Assembly: GCA_001938485.1 (NCBI GenBank)
Contig: MQRK01223612.1
Span: 1-60,866, forward strand
Direction of reading: 5' to 3'
Length of the DNA: 60,866 nt
Source of the DNA: Girardia tigrina
Taxonomy: Eukaryota
The notes under the pieces were generated by a model. It worked only from the letters and a program-made list of their open reading frames with translations, was not told the DNA's origin and did not search any database. Positions 1-11,336 of the stretch are shown piece by piece; position 1 is the first letter of the stretch, and each line of letters opens with the position of its first letter. The position numbers and the translations under genes are program-made.

Positions 1-154
1 CATCGAAAATTGTCTTCAAAATCTTTTTGCGGGCCACATCTACTTAGGTTTATTAAAAATTCAAATTTTGAGTGTTAATTGAATATAAATTTACCATAAA
101 GAAAACAAAAAATTTTTTAATAGAAACATATTTATTAATAAAAAAGAATATGAT

Positions 155-3100
155 TTATTTTTTGCTGGATATAATGCGCCGCTTCTCATTTTTCAAATCA
201 TCAAAATTTGATATAAAATTTTGGCTTGATGTAATTTTTAAAATTGATGCTAAATGTTCTTCAGTCAATCTAGTTCGCTGTGTAGTTTTATTCATCTTCA
301 TTTGTGAAAAAAGCTGTTCACAAATATATGTGCTACCAAACATGGATAATATGCGAATAACAAAATGTCGAATTCTTGGAAAACGATCTGCGGGTAAGTA
401 TCCGTAAAATTCTGGAATACCAATTTCCTTATATTTTTGGTTCAATAAAGTGTCGCATCGTAGTTCTATAAATTCCATTTGCAAATTTTCATCAATATTT
501 TCAATGTCAACAGATATCGAATAGCAAAAAAAATTTAAATGAGACTCGCTACTTTGAAAATTCGAAAACCTCTTTTCAAAATCTTCTTCCAACATCTTTA
601 ATTGTTTCTCAAATTTGTCAAATTTTAATTCTGGATGTTCAAGCAAGAGTCTTACAACTTGAAAAATTAGATAAATTTTCTTTTTTTATTTGTATTTGCC
701 ACAGGGATATCTTTTGCTTGAATGTATTTATTTGGTTATACAATGAAGTTATGAGCAAGTTTCTACCCTGAAGATTAATATTGAGTTGACTGAGATGCCC
801 AGTAATGTCAACTGAGAAAGCCAAATCCTGTATCCAATTAACATCTTTCAGTTCAGAGCAGTCATAACCTTTAATTTCTAAAAAAAAGCACGATTTCGTA
901 CAACAGTTGTAAAAATCTTCTTAAAACTTTATGACTTGAAAGCCAACGAACTTCAGTATAATATGACAAATCTTCCTATTCAGATTCCACGTCATTCAGC
1001 AATGACATAAATTCCCAATGGTTTAATCTGCGTGCTCGAATAAAATTAACAACTTTAGCAATTGTTTTAAATACATTATCAATTTTAATTACTTTTTAGC
1101 ATAAGACTTGCTGATGGAAGTGTTGAACAGATTTATTATAATGGGTTTTGTAGAAATAAATACTCAAATTAGATAAACCAAATGTCAACAAGGGAGTATT
1201 TATTTCTACTTACAGAAAAGAAAATAGTTATTATAAAACGTATAACTATAGATAACACAATATAAGAATAAAATAAAAATAAAAATAACCGTGAGTCTTT
1301 AAAATTTTATTCATAGTCATCAAAAACATGAATCGGACATCAACGATAAATTCACAAACAAATATGCGGTAATTAATTGTAATGTTATTTTGAATTTCCA
1401 ATCAATTTCTTTATTGATTTTTATTTTAGTTTTTATAATCATTATTCTGTCCAACAAATCTGGTGGAATGTCATGAGAAGATATCAATTCTTCCGCACCT
1501 CTGAACGATTTACATAAATCTACTCTCATATAACATGACAATTATGTCAACTTTCAACAGAAATATTTTATTTCTCCAATTTTTTGGCTGCTTTATAGTG
1601 TTATTATGTCAGATAAAACTTGATTACATGATATTTGATTATAAACCTCTGATTAAAGATTTAATTTTTGTAATTGAAAAATAAAAAAAACAGTTAATAG
1701 AACAACTAAATCCCATAATATTAATGACATTTATTGAATAAATAACTGAAGCGACATAGTTCAATCTAGAAACCTTCTAGTTCTTTTGTAATATANNNNN
1801 NNNNNNNNNNNNNNNNNNNNNNNNNNNNNNNNNNNNNNNNNNNNNNNNNNNNNNNNNNNNNNNNNNNNNNNNNNNNNNNNNNNNNNNNNNNNNNCCGCAA
1901 TTCACATTTAAATCAGTTAGATAGCTTTTTCAGTTTTTCTTCGATATCTTCCAACGATAAAATATTCCAAACATAACAACAAGCGAGCACAAACACACAC
2001 ACTTGACCAAATAAAAATGGTATCAAAAATATACAGAACAAGTACAGACAATTCAGGAAGGAAACTGGTGAGAGAAATTCACACTACGGGTTTTAACATA
2101 AGCTTTTAGTCTACCAACGACACCACGTGTAACTCCAGTCATATAAGGGGCCCCATCAGTTGCCAAAGATACTAAGCTATTCATTGGAAGATTATATTTT
2201 TTAATAGTAATCATAAGTGCATCGAAAATATCATCTCCAGTTGTTGTACCATGCATTGGAATTACTTCTAATAGCTCTTCAGTTATTGTCATATTCCGAT
2301 CACATCCTCGAATAAAAACGGCTAAATGTGCTATATCTGTTAAATCAGTACTCTCATCGATTGCAATTGAAAACACTTCAAAATTTACCAACTGAGCGAA
2401 GTTGGTCTCTTAAATTTGAAGCAATGTCAGTGATTCTATTCGCAACTGTATTTCGGGATAAAGTAATGCTTTTAAATTTATTTATCATATGGGGGCATAA
2501 CTCTTCAGCTGCTATTATTAAACATTCACTGATGAAATCGCCTTCCATAAATGATTTTGATTTTTTTGCAATTGCATGCCATAACCGATAACTAGCTGTT
2601 ACGGCGGCCACATTTTCTGCAACTGGTTTAGTGAAAATGCTTTGTTGTTTACGAAGAACTGCATTTAATTCGATCAACTTTTCCTCACGCATTTTTCCAA
2701 CGAAATTTTTATATTCTTCATTATGGAAGGTATTGTGATGCCTTTGGATATTATATTCCTTGCACACTAAAATAGTTTGTTAACATATCAAGCAGAAAAT
2801 TTTACCTTTTTCTTGAATGAAAAAATATTTAATTTCCCATTTTTCTTGAAAGCAACGATGTTCACTTTCAATCGATCGTTTTTTACTCGTACTTGGCTTC
2901 ANNNNNNNNNNNNNNNNNNNNNNNNNNNNNNNNNNNNNNNNNNNNNNNNNNCCGATAACTAGCTGTTACGGCGGCCACATTTTCTGCAACTGGTTTAGTG
3001 AAAATGCTTTGTTGTTTACGAAGAACTGCTTTTAATTCGATCAACTTTTCCTCACGCATTTTTCCAACGAAATTTTTATATTCTTCATTATGGAAGGTAT

Positions 3101-3269
3101 TGTAATGCCTTTGGATATTATATTTCTTGCACACCAAAATAGTTTGTTGACATATCAAGCAGAAAATTTTACCTTTTTCTTGAATGAAAAAATATTTAAT
3201 TTTCCATTTTTCTTGAAAGCAACGATGTTCACTTTCAATCGATCGTTTTTTACTCGTACTTGGCTTCAT
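155..3269 (-). pseudogene. hAT transposase, frameshifted and interrupted
   Basis: ORF pieces include an N-terminal Zn finger (CLICQQ..NIQRHY..H), FSIAIDESTD, LATDGAP, HQQVLC, and the C-terminal dimerisation motif SMFGSTYICEQLFS. Confidence 0.92.
1121..2055. mobile_element. TG..CA insertion (solo-LTR-like) in the hAT transposase
   Basis: It starts TGTTGAAC and ends ACAATTCA, with GGAAG on both sides (1116-1120, 2056-2060). Transposase homology stops and resumes near these points. It contains an N gap. Confidence 0.6.
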
Positions 3270-5643
3270 CTACAAATTGAAGGGCTTTAATATTGTAATA
3301 TTAAAGAAAATTGCATGTTCTGTCTTAAGAAAGAAAATACTAATAAAACTTACCGCATTAAAATTTATATTTATGAAAAAAAGCTGNTNAAATTAGACNT
3401 AATAAAATTCGAAAAAATAAAAAAAACAATAATATTTAAACAAATTTCCTAACTATTTAAATTTAATAATTGTTGATCTGAAAAATAAATAGAAATGCAC
3501 TCGTATAAATTTTCACGAAGATTTGTTTTTATTTTTTCAATAAATTTGATTTTTATAATAGATTTTTTTTTAGAAAATTTTAAAAATTTGTTAAAATTTT
3601 AAAACCATTGCGGGCCGCAAAAAAGTAAGCAGCGGGCCGTGAGTTTGACATGCCTGTTGTAAATAATACACTAAATTAGTAATGGACATTTATTTAAAAT
3701 TAAAGTATTTGTAAATAAAAGAAACTAATAAATGAAGTTTTAAACAAATAGACCCAAAGTCATCATAATTTGACTTCATAATAAAATTAATAAATCAAAC
3801 CAGAGACTTTATTAATAGTCAATAACGGTTACCCCACCCATGGTGAACAAAAATAAGACAGTAAAATAAAATAAAATATTATAATTGTTACGTTCCATAT
3901 TTTGCACCTCAAACCCAGAACCCTTTCACACATTACATTACCCTGCGCGCACGAAAGTTTGTCAGAGTTGTGGGGATAGTCAAACTCGACTATCCCCGGT
4001 AGTTTTAAATGATTCCATGCACGCCGGACGCAGAATAGGGTGAGGGATCCTTGGTAAGGAATGCTTTCACCCGGGAGTCCCTTGCGATCCTTGAGAAACC
4101 TTGAGCAACCTTCTAAAACAAAATAGAAAATTAATTAGCTTAATTAGACTAATTAAAAACTTTACCTAAGATAATCCAAGCCAATTCACCCAACGAACGG
4201 AGAATTGTTTATCAGATAGATGGAGANCGGATACCGAAGATAAACAGTTCGAGGACCACATCCTGTAAGTTCGCGGCAAACAGGCCGGATGACCGCGAGC
4301 GCAAAACCCCGACAGGCGAGCTACAAGAAACAATGATAAACAAACTATTACCAGATTACCCTGACGCAGGATATCGCGAATCGGACGAATAAACAAATCA
4401 TTCCTAGCTCTCTGCCGCGCACGCAAGATGCCGAAATCTCAGACGATTTTTGTGTCTGACGAGGTATAAGTAACCGAACTGGTTTGCACATTGAGCAGAT
4501 AGCAATTTTTAATTTATTTTTCGTACAGCATTTTTAAAGAATTTGTATCAACCCACGATTAAAGCGAATTATTCTTGTTTAACTCAATTGACATCCTTTT
4601 GATCACAAACATTTATTTTTACGAAAATTTATTGTTAATTGTACGAAGAATTATTTGAGCCAATTTATCTCAAGAAAGCTTATTTGAACCAATCTCATGA
4701 AAGTTATTATACGAATTATACGAAGAATTATTTGGCAAAAATTTATGCGAATTTATATTTACGGAGCCGACGAAATTTAAGAATTCCTTATATATTATAC
4801 AATGTTATATTACATTATATTATATTATATTATATATTCCCCTGAACTTATCTAGATCGTTCCTGAGGTTTTCCGAGATCCCTGGCTCCGTCTGAGAACT
4901 CCTTGTAATCCTTCGAAATTCCTTTGAGGCTTCCTAAAATAAAACAAAAAGTTAGCAATTTTAATTAGTCTAAGTGACATTACCTCGATAATTTATAAAG
5001 TCCATCCACGCGAGAACTTCATAAATCACCATTGTTTATCGTGCCAAATTGCCGAAACGATAAACATCGTTGGTCCACGCGCCGACATAATCTAAAGTAA
5101 CAATCGGCATTGCCTTCCTCCTGTAAACAGGACGTTGTCCGAATCCAAAAACATAAACAGGACGCTTCGAGTCCCTGTAGGGTATAAATACCCGAAACGA
5201 CAAAAAAACACACAATTAAAATAATTAAAACAATTTATTATTATTGACATTAACAATTCATTGTTCGCACCACATTTTTAACGAAGTTGAAGTTAATTTG
5301 TATCAAGAGAAATATACGAAGAATTATTTGCCAAAAATTTATATTTACGGAGCCGACGAAATTTAAGAATTCTTTAAAGGTATACTCGCTGTTTATTGAA
5401 TAAATTTTTATTTCCTTTAATAAAATTCCCTTTTATATGTTCCTATTTATTATATTGTTTCCATAAATAATTGTTTTCGGTTCATTATTATTTTATTGTT
5501 GTCTCAATTAAATACTCGCTTTCCATGTGTTGTTGTTTTGTTATTGACGTATTTGATTAAAATATCTTATCACGATTGATTTTTCATCTCTACTAATTAC
5601 TGTTTTGCCATTAATATAATTGATTAAAATACCTAACTTCATT

Positions 5644-5793
5644 TGTCACGACCCTTTTGTTCATAACGGTTTTAAGTGCTCAAAGCCCCCAGTGGCTATT
5701 AGGGGTCAGCCACAACTCGATTTCAACTTATACTATTTTACAAACTGTTTTAATACTTATTTAATTACTAAGTTCATTTGTGGGTCGGACGCC
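5644..5793 (+). ncRNA. Family-A structured domain, partial (hairpin and pseudoknot)
   Basis: GTGGCT/AGCCAC is crossed with GGGT/ACTC at 5692-5718. Homology is lost after GGGTCGGACGCC. Confidence 0.6.
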
Positions 5794-8202
5794 TACACGA
5801 CTACACGACAATTAAATTAATAAAATTAGTAAACCAAACAAATAAATTATCTGTCACTAATATAAACTTTCAAATTCATTTCAAAACTTTCAAAAAAAAA
5901 TTTTTTTAAATCCAATTTCAAAATTCGTAACCCTAAATTTATTAAAAATTTCATAATAACATCGTCATTCCGAAGTAGGAATTTTTCAGCAGTATTATGT
6001 AAAAAAATTAATTAAACATCGAAATTTAAATAACGGAATTTGCAATAAATTTTCAAGCGTTCAAATTCTTAACAAAACTTTTGTTTAGTAAATTATAAAC
6101 TTCGCGTGAATAAAATTATCAAAGAATTGTAATTGAAATTATCGAAATCATCATACAATTCGAATTGCTTAATTTAATTTTAAAATTATATAGGCCCTAA
6201 TAATTAATTACGGAAAGGTCAAAACACCCTTAATAATATTCAAATCAGATAAAAATTACTGTTATTATTATTGTCGAAATTAAAGGTGAGAAAGTAAAAA
6301 AAAAATTTCAAAATTTATTTGTTTGAATAATCTCATTTCGACCTTTAATTCGCGGTATGAAATCAAACCTCCTCAAAAGTCATAATTATCAATCGAATTA
6401 TATCGCAATGATCGTCTTTCAAAGTTAACAAGAACGTTCACAGTTCCTAACTAGGGCCGGTAACTCTTACTATTTAATTTTCCTTTCGATAAATCTCGTT
6501 TTTTCATATCTAAGCTTTATATCTCTGTTTTATAAAATCCCATTACTATTTATTCACGAGTATAATAATAGTCCCTGTCTCTTACTATAACAAAACTATT
6601 CACAAAAGATAAACGTCAAAGGCCAATAAAATTAGAAATATAAAAAAATTTATTAAATTATTGATAAATGGTTAATATCTCGCAAACGGGGTAATCGTTA
6701 TTTCGATAATACAGGAATTGCTAGATCGCCCGTTGTGTGTGAATTGGCGGCTCCATTTCGTCGAGGAACGATATAACGCGCTCGCCCCCGATGAACGCCT
6801 CGAGAGAAATCAACACCACGTCGATAATCATTGGGACCAGGAGGCCCCCTTCACACTCTCGCGGCTCCGGCAATTGCAAATCGAGTTGGGGCATTTACGG
6901 CGAGGATTGATGGCGGTGGTGATGGTGCTAATTAATTACTTGTACGAAAAAGGTAATCTATTTCTGTAGTCGTGCGATTAATATTTAAGTAAAAATTCAT
7001 AAAAACACAAATCATAAATAAAATTCATATTAAGTCAGTAAATAGATACATAAATTAAAATTTACAGCTTTAACAAGAATTTCGGGTTTCGGAAACTCGG
7101 ATTCGGAGGAATGTCGTCGGTTTCTCTTCGCGTATCGTCGTGTAGAGGGAGTTCTCTTGACGCTTGGTTAAGTCGGAATCGGATGATCGTCCTGGCGCCG
7201 GAAGCTATCAGATTCTCGTCTCTTCGTCAAATGGGTCGTTCGTCGGTTATCTGTCGTCGCTCTGCGTCGGGTTCTGATATTCGTTTGGTTTTGGAATGAA
7301 TAACGCTCAGTAATAAGTTGTGCAAAATATTTTTGAAAAATGTGCCATTTGCGGCAGTATGGCTGTTGGATTTATAACAGTCATCATCTCACCTATCGGG
7401 GTGTGCTTTGTCGTGGCATCTTCTGATTCGCTCTTGTTAATAATTTCGGGCTCTCATTTGTCAGGACTGTCGTACCATACAGTGACTGCTTGTCACGCGG
7501 TTCTTTGTCACCGATGACTATTCATCGCGTGATGTTGTTTTTTCTTTGTGGGCCTGACTCATGGTAAGTTTTGTTTATTGTTCTTTGTCTTTCTTAATTG
7601 GCCTTTGTCCTTTTTCAATTAATTTATATATCTTTACAGGGGTATAACTTTTCAGGGGAATATCTCACAGCTTTGCCGATTTCGTTCAGGACCTTGTCAT
7701 TTTCGGGGCTACAAGTGGAGGGTCCGTTAACCTCGTAGTGTTAACGGATTGCCTTGGAAGTAACTTTATTAATTCTTGACCTCTTTTTAATTAATTAATT
7801 TTCTTTTTAAAGCTCTTAGTGCTTTTCTCAATCTTCCGGAGCACGACCATTTATTCTCAGGGATGTGTCTCACTCCACTCTACTTGGAGTGAACCATTTG
7901 TTCGTTTTCTCTTATCAGGTATGTTTTTAACCCGTTTATTTACTTTCTTGACTGATTGTTTTTAGTCCTATCTCGGCGTACAACATTCCTCTGGGCGATC
8001 GGGAGTATCTCAAACTTAATTTGTAATATTATGGTTTCTAAATATATGTATTATTCTTGTGATTTTCGCTTTTTCTCTCTTTGTTAATTGTTTTATAGTT
8101 GATAGTTGATATTGGACCGTAGTGTTATAATTAAATAGTGTTCTTTCTTTTATTTTCTCTTCTTATTTTTATAATTCTAATTTCAATTTCTAGACCGCAA
8201 CA
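5644..8202 (+). mobile_element. Family-A element (TGTCACG..GACCGCAACA), nested
   Basis: TSD CATT (5640-5643, 8203-8206). Both ends and the spliced 3' part are homologous to 20056-22875. Confidence 0.85.
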
Positions 8203-9669
8203 CATTATTGTTATCTCAATTCAAATATTCCGATAATATGATGAAGCATGTAGAGTGGGAAGGTCTTCTCGAGATAACGACCGGAGAGTGCGGGGACCGG
8301 GATTGAGAGTACAGTTCACCTCTTATCCAAGGGATCGAGCGAGAGGGTCCTTGGATTCGGACGTGTAAGCGAGTCGTGAAACCGTTGTAAATAATTGTAA
8401 ATAACTTTAAAACGATGACTACGATTAATTTAATTATTTTTTTTTATTTTCATTTATTTTTATTTTTCCTTTTGTTGATATTTTGGTATTTCCTTTAAAA
8501 GTTGAAAAAAATTCCAAATTAATTATTCTAACGCCGTTTATAACTATTGTTATACTTTCTGTTTTACATTTGAATTTCTTCTAATAATTTGGGCTATTTT
8601 AACAAATTTTTTTCGGAACATTCTCTAACCAATTGTTATCTTTCGCCAATTTGGTTGGGAGCACCTGGTACATTTGCATCTTGACTTATTTTTTATTTTA
8701 CTAATTTTATTAGCCGTATCGTTTCGTAATTAATGTGATTTATTTGTTAGTTAACTGTCGTAAATGTCTAACCTTTCTTTGCTTTAAAAATTGTTCTGAG
8801 TAGATTTCCATCTGATAAATTTTAGTAATAAATTTTGTAAGGTTTGTAATAATTTTTGTAAGATGCTGTAAGATAAAGGCTTACGAAATTGCAAGTAATC
8901 GTAGTGAAGTGATGTGAATCATGATGCGTTACCTTCGAAGTGTTATACAGATCAGTTTGATTTCTTTGTTTCGTGATTAATATTGAGCAGTTAGAGTTAA
9001 AAAATTAAAATTGTAAAGTGAGATCTCGATTGAAACCATAGAGTCCAGAGCACGTTTACAAACTCAAAGTTTAAGCAGTGAAGTCGAATAAATGGCCAAA
9101 TGTTAATGTCAGCGAAATATGGAAATCAGACGAATATAAACTATTAGAAGTTCTTCGAGTTATCAATCAAGTCCCAGTCTACAATCAATTAAATCTTTAA
9201 TTAAAATCTTGAATCGAATAAAGTCGAAAATCGAAAAATGGTGTAAGAGTAAATTCGAGTAATTTGTGAATGTGAGAGGTTAATGATCAAGAGGACGAAT
9301 AAATTAGATAACAGATAGAATACCGAAAGTGAGGAAATGTTATCAGTGTAAACTCATGGTCCGAATTCAACGTGTTACGACTGTCAGCTCGGGTTTAGGA
9401 GAGTATTGTAAAGTGAGACCTGAGCTAAATAATGCGAGTGATTACGTATCGACAGATGAAAACATGTTACATCCTATTTCGATATGGAGGATAAACCAGT
9501 TTCGATTTCTTTGAGTTGAAGCAGGAATTGATATCTTGGTTTAAAATTCTACAGCTCGAAATGAAAAGAAAAGAGAAAAATATTTATTAACGATCGATCG
9601 ATGTTATGCAAATTAAGGTTCTATTCTTAAAAAAAATTAAACCAAAAATTTAACACATAATATATACGA

Positions 9670-10050
9670 TGTCGTGTTCCCCTTCAAAACAACATTATTG
9701 ATGACTCTGAGCCCCCATCCGTTTTCCATTAGAGTTCAACGGCAACTCTATCAAACTAAGCTAATTACATCTCAACGGGAACAGACACGACTCCTTTGCC
9801 TACATCAACGAATTGTGCAGACATTAGAGCGCCTTCGGGTCCTTAACCAGTAACGAGGATGGCCCGACTGGTGACTGAGCTTCTAGAGGGGATGATAATA
9901 ATTCTATACTACGACTATAACCATACCAACGCACTAATACTCGAAACTACAGGAAACGAAGAGAGCCTCAAGAAAGAAAATGACGATCGGTCCGCGTGTC
10001 CCTTGCATGCTGCAGCCGGTCGGCATCACCCTCCCAGGTTCTTCGCCCCA
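9670..10050 (+). ncRNA. Family-A structured domain, full
   Basis: Pseudoknot CCGTT/AACGG plus AGAGTT/AACTCT (9719-9749), GCC-TTCG-GGT (9831-9840), stem ACCAGT/ACTGGT, GGGGATGAT, and a long stem at 9985-10021. Confidence 0.7.
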
Positions 10051-10841
10051 TAAAAGAATTTAAATAAATTCAAATTCATCATAGGTTGTTTATTAGATTA
10101 GTTATTCAATATTGATGTCTCACAGAAAATAAATAGTGGAGTTACGTTAATTTCGGATTGTCAAGGCAAATTAATTTTAACGAGTATTAAAAAAAGTTAC
10201 TTAACACTTCTTATTGATTTTAAATAGATTCATTTGTCACTTTCATGTTACTTAAGATGAATACAAAGTTTAATGAAGTAGCGATAGAAGCCTTGAGATT
10301 CAATATAACACATAAATTTGATAATGAGCAAAATGAAAAGGATCACAAGTCACTTTTAATATTAAATTAAGAGTTTTGATTCACTTGAGTCTTGATTCAC
10401 TTTTCGATACTTTTACATAGGGTTCTCCACTTCTTATAGTTGTGACATGCAAGTTTAGCCATCCTTTCTTATACAATGTAAAATAATTCGGTTCGAAAGT
10501 TTATTATGTCAAAATAATTAAGATGTATAACAACTTTTGTTATTAATTTTCTTTGCAAATTCTTTTTTATATTATTTCAGTGATACGGAAATTTGTTTCA
10601 GTCGTTGAAATATTTTAAGTACACAGAACATAATCAGGAATGAAAATGTGTACACCTCTTCCAAGGCTCCCCAAGCTCACACTCTAATGACTACGATCAC
10701 CAGATTAGGATTGGTGATACTATTGATTTGTTATCGTAGTTCGTTGATCTGTTTATATTTAAATAACAGACTTCCTAAACATCAAACTGGTCACTTATCA
10801 TTCAATAAACAAAAACGGAATATCCGCACTTGACAATGTTG

Positions 10842-11336
10842 TCAATTCATATTTTCATAGCAAGTTGATGGCAACGAATTCGATTCGGGAACAAAATGAA
10901 CGTCTAATTCACTATTACTTAAATATGTTATTGGGTTTGTGTTTTGTGGATTGATTAAAGGTGTTTGTTCAGTGTTGTTAGTCTGTGAAACTGGAGAAAT
11001 ACTATCAACACTGTCTGAGTCATCATCACGACCGGGAATTTTAATTTTATTCTTACAAATCGGACAATTTCGTTTTTGTTTCAGCAACCAAGGATCGGTA
11101 CAAGAAGAATGGTACGCGTGGTTGCAGGGCAATATCCTTAATTTATCTCCCTCTTTAAAGTCATCAAGACAAATCGTACAAGTTTCAAAAGGGTCTTGGC
11201 CTTTTACAAATTTTTTTTTCATATTAAAGAATTTATTTAGATGATCGAAATATAACATAAAGTCCATTATAATATATCGGCATTGAGCAGTAATAATAAG
11301 ACAAAAACACAAAAAAAGAATAAAACTCAGTATCAA
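10842..11336 (-). CDS. TM plus RING-H2 E3 ligase, RNF13/RNF167 (Godzilla)-like, intronless, no PA domain; start codon uncertain, possibly a pseudogene
   Basis: CTICLDDFKEGDKLRILPCNHAYHSSCTDPWLLKQKRNCPICK has all eight ligands and follows a hydrophobic helix. An acidic/Ser-rich tail contains TEQTPLI. Confidence 0.85.
   Translation of the reverse strand: MILSFILFLCFCLIITAQCRYIIMDFMLYFDHLNKFFNMKKKFVKGQDPFETCTICLDDFKEGDKLRILPCNHAYHSSCTDPWLLKQKRNCPICKNKIKIPGRDDDSDSVDSISPVSQTNNTEQTPLINPQNTNPITYLSNSELDVHFVPESNSLPSTCYENMN

Larger units (their letters stand above)
1..3656 (-). mobile_element. Decayed hAT DNA transposon (Charlie/SPIN, GTF2IRD2-like); other end is at or beyond the window start
   Basis: The minus-strand terminus reads CAGGCATGTCAAACTCACGGCCCGC at 3656, with subterminal GCGGGCC motifs at 3610, 3632 and 30. 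Transposase fragments lie inside. Confidence 0.9.

Noticed and set aside
2583-3269. Duplicated hAT N-terminus
   Set aside because: Near-identical copies flank an N gap, so this is probably a scaffolding or haplotype overlap.
4436-4485. Hammerhead-like CTGACGA-stem-GAAC
   Set aside because: The core has GAAC instead of GAAA, stems I and III cannot be formed, and the duplicate near 5180 lacks CTGANGA.
9859-10053. Shared peptide ACPLHA in ORFs 9859-10053 and 16616-16840
   Set aside because: The third copy (about 12070) has a 1-nt loop insertion that breaks the frame but keeps the stem, so the conservation is structural rather than coding.
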